Assembly: GCA_964016885.1 (NCBI GenBank)
Contig: OZ024748.1
Coordinates: 12,338,001 to 12,402,000 of the forward strand
Length of the DNA: 64,000 nucleotides
Reading direction: 5' to 3'
Source: Eledone cirrhosa
Lineage: Eukaryota
Below the pieces are notes generated by a model. That model saw only the letters and a list, made by a program, of their open reading frames with translations. It was not told the DNA's origin and ran no database searches. This document shows positions 40,560 through 54,239 of this stretch, one piece after another. The translations under genes and the position numbers were made by a program. Numbering within the stretch: position 1 is the first letter of the stretch; the number at the start of each line of letters is the position of its first letter.

Positions 40560-40815
40560 GGACAGCTGCCTGCACACTAGACTCTTCACTATAATGGAAT
40601 GGGTGACACTGTCAAAGGTTTTCTCCAAGTCAACAAAAGCTAAGTAGAGGGGTTTACTTATAGATAGGTACTTCTCCTGCAGTTGCCTCATGAGGAAGAG
40701 AGCATCCGTGGTACTTTTATCTGGCACAAATCCAAGCTGCATTTCATCTAGATCATCGGTCCCTAATCAGCTGTGCGATAACTCTTTCTGTGACCTTTAT
40801 GACCTGGTCAACCGA
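40560..40815 (-). mobile_element. RTE-clade LINE reverse transcriptase fragment
   Basis: MQLGFVPDKSTTDALFLMRQLQEKY...LYLAFVDLEKTFDSV, i.e. the RT QxGF and DxxKAFD motifs. Confidence 0.85.
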
Positions 40816-40919
40816 CAACTATAGTTTTCTCTGTCTAGAGCATCTCCTTTGCCTTAATAGCAGTTAACAATGATGATGCTACACCACTCATTTGGTATGA
40901 TGACACCATTTGTGTGTGT

Positions 40920-40985
<66 letters not shown>

Positions 40986-41259
40986 AATATGTATCTATGT
41001 ATATGTGTGTGTATATATGCATGCATGTATGAGTGTGTGTATGTGTCTGTATATATATATATGTGTGTTTATATATGTATGCATGTATGAGTGTGTGTAT
41101 GAGTGTATGTGCATGTGTGCATGTATATATGTATGTGTGTGTATGCATGTGTGTTTGTGAGTGTATGTGTGTGTATGTGTGTAGAACGCATGAATAGATC
41201 TGGCAGATTGTTTTATTAAATCAACTTTAACCACCAAACTGGATGGGCAGCCAGGAAAC

Positions 41260-41268
41260 ACTACCACC

Positions 41269-41309
<41 letters not shown>

Positions 41310-41319
41310 TACTACTACT

Positions 41320-41386
<67 letters not shown>

Positions 41387-42905
41387 GTACTGTTGCTGCT
41401 GCCACTATCACCATTCCACTACAACCACAATCACCACCACCATGACTACAATCAACATCATCAGCATCACAATCTCCATCACTACCTCTAGCACTACCAT
41501 CACTACCACCACCACCACTACGACCGCTACCATCATCATCATCATCACCACAACCACTGTCACGCTCCTACCACCACCACTACCACCACCACTACCACCA
41601 CCATCTGACACACATCTCATCAGGTAAATATGTTACTATTGCCAAAATCAATGGTGATGGTATTGGTGGTAGTGATGGTGGTGGTGGTGTTGGTAGTAGT
41701 GATGGTGGTGATGGTGTTGGTGGTAGTGATGGTGGTGATGGTGGTGATGGTGATGGTATTGGTAGTAGTGATGGTGGTGATGGTGTTGGTGGTAGTGATG
41801 GTGGTGATGGTGATGGTATTGGTAGTAGTGATGGTGGTGATGGTGTTGGTGGTAGTGATGGTGGTGATGGTGATGGTATTGGTAGTAGTGATGGTGGTGA
41901 TGGTGTTGGTAGTAGTGATGGTGGTGATGGTGTTGGTGGTAGTGATAGTGGTGATGGTGATGGTGATGGTATTGGTAGTAGTGATGGTGGTGATGGTGGT
42001 GATGGTATTGGTAGTAGTGATGGTGGTGATGGTGGTGATGGTCATGGTATTGGTAGTAGTGATGGTGGTGATGGTGATGGTATTGGTAGTAGTGATGGTG
42101 GTGATGGTATTGGTAGTAGTGATGGTGGTGATGGTGTTGGTGGTAGTGATGGTGGTGATGGTGATGGTATTGGTAGTAGTGATGGTGGTGATGGTGTTGG
42201 TGGTAGTGATGGTGGTGATGGTAGTAGTGATGGTGGTGATGGTGTTAGTATTGGTAGTAGTGATGGTGGTGATGGTGTTGGTGGTAGTGATGGTGGTGAT
42301 GGTGATGGTATTGGTAGTAGTGATGGTGGTGATGGTGTTGGTGGTAGTGATGGTGGTGATGGTGATGGTGGTAGTGATGGTGGTGATGGTGTTAGTATTG
42401 GTAGTAGTGATGGTGGTGATGGTGGTGGTAGTAGTGATGGTGGTGATGGTGATGGTGGTAGTGATGGTGGTGATGGTGTTGGTGGTAGTGATGGTGGTGA
42501 TGGTGGTGGTAGTAGTGATGGTTGTGATGGTGGTGATGGTGTTGGTGGTAGTGATGGTGGTGATGGTAGTGGTAGTAGTGATGGTGGTGATGGTGATGGT
42601 GGTAGTGATGATGGTGAAGGTGTTGGTGGTATTAACAGTGTTGTTTGTGGTAGTGATGGTGATGGTGATGGCAATGAATGTGTTGGTGGTAGTGATGGTA
42701 TTGGTGTTGGTGGTAGTGATGTTTGTGTTAATGATGATGGTGATGGTGTTGGTGATAGTAACAGTGATGGTAGTGATGGTGTTGATGGTATTGATTGTGT
42801 TGGTGGTAGTGATTGTATTGGTGCTGGTGTTGGTGGTAGTGATGGTGTTGGTGGTGTTGCTGATAGTGTTGATGATAGAAGTGATGATGCTGGTGTTGGT
42901 AGTGG
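41260..42905. repeat. (ACT/ACC)n and (GGT/GAT)n compound microsatellites
   Basis: Visible trinucleotide tracts. Confidence 0.93.
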
Positions 42906-43149
42906 TGAAAAGAAACTAGCATCCTTCACCATCATTACCAATGTCAATTTAATAAACCCCAAAGCATGACTGGTACATTATTTTATTAACCCCAGTATAT
43001 ATCTCCCATCTCTCTATCTCTGTATAACATTATAACATATATACACATTCATCCATTGGCCAGTAGATTCCTGATGGACTCATGGTGGGGGAGGAGGTGG
43101 TCATTGTGACATAACAAGCCAAGTTTAAGTCTGTTCTAAGCCAGAGACT

Positions 43150-43680
43150 CAACAGAACAGGCTTAGCCCTGGCTTCCTTGGCATTAAGTGACAGAGAGTA
43201 CAAGACACACCCTGGATATGACGCCGGTCTATCACAGGATTAACTCCCCAGCTACTGCTGGTACTCAATCTCAGCTGAGTTTACTAGAGGCTTAACAGGC
43301 CGGGCTTAGCTCTGGTTAGCTTAGCGTTAAGTGACTGAGAGTACAAGACTCTCCCTGGGCAGGACGCTAGTCTATCTCAGGATTAACTCCCCAGCTACTG
43401 CTGGTACTTGAAGCTGAGTTTACTAGAGGCTTAACAAGCTGGGCTTAGCCCTGGTTACCTTGGCGTTAAGCAACAGAGAGTACAAGACACTCCCTGGATA
43501 GGATGCCTGTCTATTGCAGGATTAACTCCCCAGCTACTACTGCTACTCACTCTCATCTGAGTGTACTGGAGCAACATGAAATAAAGTGTTTTGGTCAAGA
43601 ACACAATGCAGCACCTTGCCCAGGTATCGAACCGATGATATGACGGTTGTAAGTCCTAACCAGTAGGTCATGTGACTTCA
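43150..43680 (-). mobile_element. SINE-like element with three tandem ~140-bp internal units
   Basis: ggcttagccctgg...gagagtacaagac...caggattaactccccagctactg occurs 3 times, followed by the SINE core tactggagcaacatgaaataaagtg. Confidence 0.6.
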
Positions 43681-43739
43681 CAAACATACACATACACACG
43701 CACACACACATGTATATATTACAACACATTTTATTAATC

Positions 43740-44325
43740 TAGTAATAACTGTTAGTATAATATTTTATGAAATCAGTAATAACTGTTATAATTAGTAAAT
43801 TTTTTTTTATTAAATCAGTTATAACTGTTATAGTTAATAAACATTTTAAAACCAGTAATAATTGTTATAGTTAGTAAAACAACTTATTAAACCAGTTCAG
43901 TAATAACTGTTATAGTTAGTATAACAGTTTATTAAACCAGTTATAGTTAGTGAAACAGTTTATTAAACTAGTTCAGTTATAACTGTTATAGTTAGTAAAA
44001 CAGGTTATTAAACCAGTTATACTGTTATAGTTAGTAAAATAATTTATTAAACCCGTACTAACTGTTATAGTTAGTAAAACCAGTTTAACTGTTATAGTTA
44101 GTAAAACAATTTATTAAACATGTAATAACTGATATAGTTAGTAAAACCAGTTGTAACTATTATAGTTAGTAAAACCAGTTTAACTGTTATAGTTAGTAAA
44201 ACCAGTTTAACTGTTATAGTTAGTAAAACCAGTTTAACTGTTATAGTTAGTAAAACCAGTTTAACTGTTATAGTTAGTAAAACAATTTATTAAACCAGTT
44301 GTAACTGTTGCTGTTATAGTTAGAG
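43740..44325. repeat. ~27-bp AT-rich minisatellite (aactgttatagttagtaaaaccagttt)
   Basis: Tandem units with length variants. Confidence 0.88.
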
Positions 44326-44804
44326 TTAGTAATATCTCGATCAATGACATTTCTGCTTAACATTATTCTTCTCCTTCTTCTTCTTCTTTTTCTTCTTCTT
44401 CTTCTTCACATCTTTTTTTTTCTTGACATATTCTCATTCTGTTCTGTTTTTTATTACATATAACTCTTTCTCTCTTTCTCTTTCACATGCACACACATGC
44501 TTTCCCTCTCTCCTCTCTCTGTCTCTCTCTTTCTCTTTCTTTCTTACACACATACACACTCTCTCTCCCTCGCTCTCCCCTCTCTCTCTCGCTCAAACCG
44601 GGGGTGGTGGTGGTGGTGGACTGGTCATATGGCCAATACCCTGTGCGCCAATGTACTGCTGGGATGTGTGTGTGTGTGTGTGTTAAAAGCTACCCCCCCC
44701 CCCAAAGAGGTGAAAACCTCTTTGTTGACCTGTTTGGTCATTGGCTCTTTGGACTGGTTTTAAAACCTGCTTTACTATCTCACCTAGGGTGGGATGGGGT
44801 GGCT

Positions 44805-47138
44805 TGTAGTAGTTGTGGTGGTGGTGGTGGTGGTGATGATGATGGTGTTGTTGGTGGTGGTGGTGGTGGTAGGGAAGGTAGTGGTGATGGTGGTGGTGTT
44901 GGTGGTGGTGATGATGATGGTGGTGTTGGTGGTGGTGATGATGGTGGTGGTGGAAGTGGTGGTGATGGTGGTGGTAGGGAAGGTAGTGGTGATGGTGGTG
45001 GTGTTGGTGGTGGTGGTGATGATGATGGTGGTGGTGGAAGTGGTGGTGATGGTGGTGGTAGGGAAGGTAGTGGTGATGGTGGCGGTGGTGGTAGGGAAGG
45101 TAGTGGTGATGGTGATGGTGGTGGTGGTGGTAGGGAAGGTAGTGGTGATGATGGTGGTGTTGGTGGTGGTGGTGGTAGGGAAGGTAGTGGTGATGGTGGT
45201 GGTGTTGGTGGTGGTGGAGGTGGTGATGATGGTGGTGTTGGTGGTGGTGGTGGTGGTGATGGTGGTGGTAGGGAAGGTAGTGGTGATGGTGGTGGTGGTG
45301 GTGATGGTAGTGGTAGTGGAGTCTTGCAGTGGCAGTGGAAGTGGTGGTGGTGGTAGTGGAGTCTTGCAGTGGCAGTGGAAGTGGTGGTGGTGGTGGTGGT
45401 GATGTTAGTGGTGGAAGTGGTGGTGGTGGTGGTGGTGGTGGTGGTAGTGATGGTGGTGATGTTTGCGGTGGTGGTGGTGGTGGTGGCTAGCAGTGGTGGT
45501 GGTGGTAGTGGTGGAGGTGGTGGTGGGGTGGTAGTGGTGGATGGTAGGGGTGGTGGTGATGGTAGGGGTGATGGTGATGGGGGTGGTAGTGGTGGTGGGG
45601 CGGTGTTGGTGGTGATGGACCCTGCTGTATTACTGGTTATTTGGATCCTGTTGTATAACTGGTTACTTGTACGCTATTGTATTACTGGTTACTTGTACCT
45701 TGGTGTATTACTGGTTACTTGTACCCTGGTGTATTACTGGTTCTAGGGGGAGGAGGGCTTATTAGGAGTGATTTTCAATTAAAAAAATAGAAGTATAGTG
45801 AGTTTTTGGCCACTCCAATGTCAGCAGCTGAGGTTGTATTGACCAGAACAACACTATGATGATGACTATGATGATGATGATGACCACCACCACCACCACC
45901 ATATTACCACGAATATTGCCACCACTAGCTCCATGAATACCACCACCACCACCACCAACACCACTATCACCAGCACTACCACCACAAATATCACCACCAC
46001 CACCACCACCACCACCACCATCGCTACCATCACAAATATCACCACCACCACTACCACCACCATCACTACCACCACAAATATCACCACCACCACCACCACC
46101 ACCACCACCACCATCGCTACTACCATCACAAATATTACCATCATCATCACCACCACCACCACTACCATCACAAATATCACCACCATCATCACTATCAATA
46201 CCACCATCACCACTAACAATCACACCAGTAATACCACTACCACCAATAACACTTCCATCACCACCACCACCACCAACACCACCACCGGCACCACCAACAC
46301 CACCACCACCACCACCACCACCACCACCACTTCCACCACCAACACCAACACCACCACCACCGGCACCACCAATAACACTTACATCACCACCACCACCATC
46401 ACCACCACCACCACCACCACCACCACCACCACCACCACCACTTCCATCACCACCACCACCAACACCAACACCACCACCACCGGCACCACCAATAACACTT
46501 ACATCACCACCACCACCATCACCACCACCACCACCACCACCACCACCACCACCACCAACACCACCACCACCAACACCAACACCACCACCACCAACACCAC
46601 CAATAACACTTACATCACCACCACCACCATCACCACCACCACCACCAACACCACCACCACCACCACCACCACCACCACCACCACCACCACCACCACTTCC
46701 ATCACCACCACCACCAACACCAACACCACCACCACCAACACCACCAATAACACTTACATCACCACCACCACCATCACCACCACCACCACCACCACCACCA
46801 CCACCAACACCAATAACACTACTACTAATACCAACACCGCCTTCACCACCACTGCAGCCACCCCCACGGATCATTGTTTGTCTCGTTTGTAACCTTTTTT
46901 CCATCCCCGGTGCCAGTAAAGTTCCCATCACATCATTGGGAAAGGCATGAATGTCGATACATCACATAGTGCCAGCCACTGACTTGTCAATTCGTCAATC
47001 TCACGACAATCATATATTTCCTTCTCTCTTCGATATTGGTTTTCTATGTCACTTAGTCAAAATATATCGTCACCACCACCACCACCACCTCTACTACTAC
47101 TATTACTACTATAACTACCGCCACCACCACCACCAACT

Positions 47139-47197
<59 letters not shown>

Positions 47198-47276
47198 ACT
47201 ACTACCACTACCACATACTATCACCAATACTACTTTAACTACTGCCAATACATCCATCATCACTACTATAACTACC

Positions 47277-47357
<81 letters not shown>

Positions 47358-47455
47358 ACTACTACCACTACCACATACTATCACCAATACTACTTTAACT
47401 ACTGCCAATACATCCATCATCACTACTATAACTACCGCCACCACCACCACCACCT

Positions 47456-47488
<33 letters not shown>

Positions 47489-47491
47489 ATA

Positions 47492-47532
<41 letters not shown>

Positions 47533-47621
47533 ACTACTACCACTACCACCAATACTACTTTAACTACTGCCAATACATCCATCATCACTACTATAACTAC
47601 CGCCACCACCACTACTACCAT

Positions 47622-47698
<77 letters not shown>

Positions 47699-47900
47699 TC
47701 ATTACTGTCAATATCCTCCATCACCACCACTATAACTACAATCAATGTTATCCTCTCCCTTCCACCATCACAAGCACCACCGTCCTAACTACTACTACTA
47801 CCATTACTGTCAATATCCTCCACCATCACCATTATAACTACTACAAATGTTATCCCCCCCCCCTCCTCCATCGAACAGTACCATCACCACCACCATCACC
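44805..47900. repeat. (GGT)n, (ACC)n and (ACT)n compound microsatellite blocks
   Basis: Visible tracts with higher-order units such as agggaaggtagtggtgat and aataacacttacatc. Confidence 0.9.
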
Positions 47901-48389
47901 ATACGTTGCCATATTTAAAGGCAGTCCACTGTTCGCATCGACACAAGTGTTGAATTCTTGTTTCGGGAAAGATACTCTCTCGTAGCACTGGTTGGCTTTT
48001 TTTTTTTATATCTTACTAACTTCATTCTTGCCACATTTATTCTCTTATATATACACACACACACATATATCTATATATATACACAGTTTAGTATTTAGCT
48101 TTGTATATATTTATAAATAGTTGCTTCCTCCGCTTTTCTCTCTTCTCTCTCTCATCGGAAACCACTTTCAAAACAAATATATACAGAGCGAGAGAGACAA
48201 ACATTTGTGCTGTCTATAAATACACTCACACATATTAATAAAAGTACATTATAGAATATATACATACATATATATACATATTTATATGTTACTTGCTCAG
48301 TTTGTTTAACATTAATGTAGTGACGGTATTAAGCTGGCAACGAACGAACGAGGTAGTAACCTCGACAGATCATATAAACACCTCCAACC

Positions 48390-49334
48390 ATGACCACCAA
48401 TCTGAAGAAAGACGATGTCGAACAGTTGATTCGTTCAAGCGTGCAAAGCATCGACAGTGTTGGTGTGAATAGTAATGGTCGAGACGATGAATCTACAGTG
48501 TCCCTGTCCATTGCATCACTAGCCGATTCTACCACCAACCTCTACGAGACCAGACCACATAAAGTCGGCAACCACAAGAAGTCCAAGAACTCCAACTGTA
48601 CACAATCAGCTTATGATTCTTTACCATTCGACAGCCATGGGGAGAAATCCATCCAGGCAGACGACTTCGACGAAAACGATGGACACGGCAATAAGAAAAA
48701 TGACAAGACCTTCTTCGTTGGTGTCGGAATCCTTTTCTCGATATTCGCAATCACCTCTGCGTTTCTCCTTATAATCCTTCCTTGCTATCGCATGTTCAAT
48801 TTGAATGCTTTATTACACAGCAACCATACCGTAGTCCGCCAGTACCAGGAACATTTGGTCAGTAGCAGTGTGAGCCGGTCAGGCCCACCATCTGTCGTGG
48901 TCAAATATCATGAGTTGGTTAAGGGTGAAGGTCCGGGTGGTCAATACCCGCTGGTATACCATCCAAAACACCACCAACAACATTCTGCGCGAGTTGCAGC
49001 ACCTCTGTGCGATGTTCACCCAAGTGATCATCGATTTGACTGTTACCCGGACTATAAAGAAGTTAACCAACGCAATTGCCTGTCCCGAGGTTGTTGTTGG
49101 AGACCCACCATGGACAGATTCCTCTACCGATCTGATGTGAACAACCTGTGGGGTGTTCCGTCCTGCTACCTCCCAATCAACTATTCTGGTTACGGAGTTA
49201 TTCAGGTAGATCAAAGCAGGACTGGGGCCACCCTGGACTTACTCAAGACATCTCCATCATCAATATGGCCCAAAGAAGTTCGTATGCTCAAAGTTGTAAT
49301 TACTTTCGAGACTCAACAAAGACTTCACTTTAAG
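48390..49334 (+). CDS. GAA: GH31 alpha-glucosidase (lysosomal GAA / maltase-glucoamylase-like), first coding exon; later exons not found in window
   Basis: Trefoil/P-domain CDVHPSDHRFDCYPD...CLSRGCCW...VPSCYLP, then the N-terminal beta domain ending QQRLHFK|gtaaaa, the position corresponding to the vertebrate GAA exon-2 boundary; hydrophobic anchor FFVGVGILFSIFAITSAFLLIIL. Confidence 0.85.
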
Positions 49335-50882
49335 GTAAAAAAATTAACTTTATATTATCATTTTAAATATTTATTTACCCTTAAATTATTATTTTAATTA
49401 TTACTTCTATTTCATGTTTTATCAAATGTGTCTATTGTATAACCTTTTTACCGCAACCCTCGTTTATATATAACTTTGTTAGCCTCAATGGCTTGCACAC
49501 AGAATATAGTAAACATTATATACATAGGGGTTATAATATATATTGGGAACTGGTCAGAAATAATAATAATTATTATTATATATTCTATTCACCCAACCGT
49601 GAATATTCGACCGAGAAGGCCCTCGTTTTATTGCAGTTATTTCGTCTATATTTTGGGCCTTCGATTATAGCACTGCTGTCTGTTTCATTCAGTAAAATAA
49701 AAACAATAGGTGACATGTTTTGGGGAATTTTTATCTCTTTATTTTTGTACGTAAATTGCTAGGTAAATTTTTATTTTATTATATGGGTCTACTAGACGGG
49801 TGTAATATAAATTAAAAAAACAAAATTGTGTAATTTTTGGTTAGAATTTTGAAGGTGAAATATACATGTTTCCCTTATGTTTTGGACGAATATGGCTTTC
49901 ACATCAGTCGTAAATTACTCATTTTCTGCAGCACCCCTATCGGAGAACTTTATAATACCCAGTCTTGGAAACGGGTGTTGTAATAAAAGAAATTAGGGAA
50001 TGGTGTAATAGTTTTTATCTTCAGGAAGACTAGGATTTCTTTTCCGATCCGATAATATTGTTTATTTACACAATGGTAGATTAGGGGTGTGGTACTAATT
50101 GCGTAGCCATGGGCCCCAAATTTATTTGTATTATAAACTACCATACATAAGGTAAAGATATCAAATTTATTAAAATGCCTTTCAAATAGAAAGTCTTTAT
50201 TTTATATATTTCTGATTCAGGCACAAGGCCAACAATTTTGTGGGGAGAGGGGGAACATGATTAAATTGACTTCAGTGCATTACTTGTACTGTATTTTATC
50301 GATCAATTAAGGATGAAAGGCTACTACTATAAATAATACGCAAGAGTCCTGACGAAATTTTTATCCTGGGGCCCCATTCAAGCTTAATCCACCCTTGCAG
50401 ACACACACACACACACATTAATTAATATTTGGTAGCGGGCTTAATTTTCGGTGACAGACTTAATCAGTTACCCGGTTTAACACAACCATTTGCCTCTCTT
50501 TGGCTGACTTTACAGGAGTTTGTTTGCAGGCATTTAGGCCAAGTTTTCATGTTGGAAGATACTTTTCTCCTTTTCACCGGTCCGGAGGCCCTTGAAAAAG
50601 ATCATGGGTGTTGTCCCTTTTCGCACCTCCTCCTACTTCCCCACTAACAACTGAAGTACTGAGACAGCGTGTTTAAGGATAAATGGATAAGTAGTAAATA
50701 AATTTACATGCGTACGTTTTAATAAACATGCATTTGTAAATAAACCGTGTGGTAAAAATACACAGTTCTCCCTCTCTCCCTCTACACACTCGCATGCATT
50801 CACTCACACACACATACATATACACATTTGGTGCACCCGACGGGCCGAGCTACTCCTAGGGCACCGCTATATTTGGTATATA

Positions 50883-51025
50883 TATATAGCTGACGGCCGA
50901 GAGAAAAGAGTACTCAATACCGAAATAGTTTCAATATTCATTTTAAGGCTAAATAGTGAGTTTTGTTACTCTGAATGATCCCGTGAGAAGCAGGCGAAAC
51001 TCCAGAGTAACAAGACTCATTATTT
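50883..51025 (+). mobile_element. Diverged half-hammerhead fold-back element
   Basis: gagtactcaatac motif; aaatagtgagttttgttactctg pairs with cagagtaacaagactcattattt; GAAA-CUC(CA)GAG-UA. Confidence 0.55.
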
Positions 51026-51041
51026 ACCCCTAATAAAACAA

Positions 51042-51078
<37 letters not shown>

Positions 51079-51219
51079 GGATTCGGGACACCGACAGCAG
51101 GAGGTCAGCCGTTGAGGTCCTGAATCCTTCATATTACCCCCCCCCCCACACTCTACTACCCCAACTATCAAGTACTCTGTTTGGTGAGTAATGCTCTAAC
51201 AGGTTTTTACTGCATCCAT

Positions 51220-51296
<77 letters not shown>

Positions 51297-52123
51297 TATA
51301 ATGCACATTTCTTTCACTTTCTATATTATGATTATGAAGTGAGGAATTTCCCAATATTTCACGCAGTAATGGTTTAAAAATAAATCCCACGAAACCTAAT
51401 ACGAATATTTATTGGAATCCGAAGATAATTTAGTTGATATAATAAAAATAAAATTATTTAAAAAATTTTCACTTTTCGCTACTTCTGTTTTTTCTTTCTT
51501 TTTCTTCTTTTCTTTCTTCTGTTGTCGACGAGTAGTTGTTTGACTTCGCCTTTCCTCCTTAGGGGGTCGATAAAATAAAGTACCAGTAATGCACTAGGTT
51601 TTTGTTGGCCTTGTGCCTAAAGTAGAAACAATTATTAAAAAGAAAAAAATTAAAATTACCACCCATATGTCGTCGGTCCATTCATTCTCTGTGGTCACTT
51701 AGTGGAAATCAAAAATAGCATTTGTTGATCCATAAAGACACATGCTACCTATCTTTATAGCTCTCTCTCTCGCTCTCTCTCTCTCTCTCTAATTGTTTCT
51801 TGTTAATGGTGGAATACCACAATTAATTGGATTTGCTTTGCTTTGCTTGGCACTGTTTTTCTTTTTCTATATTGGCTTTAAAAATATCCCCTCTTCCCTC
51901 TTCTCCCCCCCCCCTCCCACTCCCAAACATGACAAAATACGACATCGATCTAGCGTTGTTAATTAGGGCTGAGTGTGATGGTGATTGTAATGCTTGGTGG
52001 TGGGTGGGTGACATTTATTGTAGGAAACGAGTATAATATATATCCACTCTACTACCCTAAGTATCGAGTACTCTGGTGCTTTTAGGTCCACCTGGTTCCT
52101 TACCACACTTCCTTTGTTATATA

Positions 52124-52159
<36 letters not shown>

Positions 52160-52740
52160 TATATATAGTGTTATTGTGAAATATATATAGAGAAACATAA
52201 AAATATCTGTATTTACTATGTGTGCATGCGTGTATACATGTGTGCATATGTGTGTGCATGTATGTGTGCATATGTGTGTGTGTGTGTGTGCGTATTTATA
52301 TATATATATATATGTACATATGTATGTGTATATGCGTATATATATATATAGATAGAGGTTGACGTTCAATAATGGATTTATAAATAGCCAAGTTTATATA
52401 AAAATATAATAATAAAAATATATTGAATATCTATTGTTTAGCTCCAGATGGAAGAAACATTATAATGAAAGGTATCCAGCCTTGACCATCCCATCTTAGT
52501 GCATCCAGGATTACCTTATTCAATGTCATTCGCCTTTTTTGTGACGGTATGGTGGGCGATTTGATGACTTGCCTGTTTATCTGTAGCAGGTACAGCAACC
52601 TCATAGAGGTCCTTTTGTTTTTATATGCGTAAGTTTGTATAGAGGTGGATTCCCGATGTATATCGGGAGGTGACCAAGGTTAAAAAGAGTACTCAATACC
52701 TCAATAGAGTATAGGTATCTTTATCTTATTAGAGAGATGG

Positions 52741-52782
52741 GTTCTACAAGACTAAAACCGTTTCATTCGAAAGAAATCGTCA
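52741..52782 (-). ncRNA. Hammerhead-like core truncated by (TA)n; same family as 59098-59151
   Basis: Reverse complement reads UGACGA-U-UUC/UUUC/GAA-U-GAAA-CGG(UUUUAGUC)UUG-UA-GAAC. Confidence 0.55.
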
Positions 52783-52789
52783 ATATATA

Positions 52790-52811
52790 TATACATGTAT
52801 GTATGTGCATG

Positions 52812-52847
<36 letters not shown>

Positions 52848-52950
52848 GTGCGTGTGTGTGTATATATATATATATATATTGTGTGTGTGTATATATATAT
52901 AGTGTGTGTGTATATATATATATATAGTGTGTGTGTATATATATATATAT

Positions 52951-53016
<66 letters not shown>

Positions 53017-53070
53017 TTTGTGTGTGTATATATATATATATATATTGTGTGTGTATATATATATATATAT

Positions 53071-53101
<31 letters not shown>

Positions 53102-53297
53102 TGTGTGTGTATATATATATATATATATTGTGTGTGTGTATATATATATATATATATTGTGTGTGTGTATATATATATATTGTGTGTGTATATATATATT
53201 GTGTGTGTGTATATATATATATATATTGTGTGTGTATATATATATATATATTGTGTGTGTATATATATATATATATTGTGTGTATATATATATATAT

Positions 53298-53328
<31 letters not shown>

Positions 53329-53702
53329 TGTGTGTGTATATATATATATATATATATTTTGTGTGTGTATATATATATATATATATATTGTGTGTGTGTG
53401 TATATATATATATATTGTGTGTGTGTGTGTATATATATATATATTGTGTGTGTGTATATATATATATATATTGTGTGTGTGTATATATATATATTGTGTG
53501 TGTGTGTGTATATATATATATTGTGTGTGTGTGTATATATATATATATTGTGTGTGTGTATATATATATATATATTGTGTGTGTATATATATATATATTG
53601 TGTGTGTGTATATATATATTGTGTGTGTGTGTGTATGTATATATATATTGTGTGTGTGTATATATATATATATATAGTGTGTGTGTATATATATATTGTG
53701 TA

Positions 53703-53735
<33 letters not shown>

Positions 53736-53774
53736 TGTGTGTGTGTGTGTGTGTATATGTATATATATTGTGTA

Positions 53775-53868
<94 letters not shown>
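52790..53868. repeat. Alternating (TG)n/(TA)n higher-order microsatellite
   Basis: Repeated t(tg)n(ta)n units. Confidence 0.95.
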
Positions 53869-53873
<5 letters not shown>

Positions 53874-54144
53874 CACGTGATTGTTTGTTTATGTCTATAT
53901 ATATCCTGTGCTGGATTTAAACATAAGCTACACAATTACAATTTTGACATGACAGTCCGTAGAAACGTAGACACACACACACCACACACCACACACCACA
54001 CACACACCACCCACACCGCCATGTAGTGTGTGTGTGTGTGTTAATTATTTCTACGTTCCTACCGACTGTCATGTCAAAGTTGTAATTGTGTTTAAATCCA
54101 GTACAGGGTATATATAGACATAAACAAACAATCACGTGAACATA
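53868..54144. repeat. ~100-bp-arm inverted repeat with CA/TG spacer
   Basis: tatgttcacgtgattgtttgtttatgtc... mirrored by ...gacataaacaaacaatcacgtgaacata. Confidence 0.88.
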
Positions 54145-54168
54145 GTGTGCGTACACACACACACACAT

Positions 54169-54232
<64 letters not shown>

Positions 54233-54239
54233 ATAATGA

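Noticed and set aside
41630-47745. Poly-V/M, poly-G and poly-T ORFs of 200-430 aa
   Set aside because: Trinucleotide microsatellite artefacts.
49335-49397. C-terminal 20 aa of the 335-aa ORF
   Set aside because: Read-through into an AT-rich intron after the AAG|GTAAAA donor.
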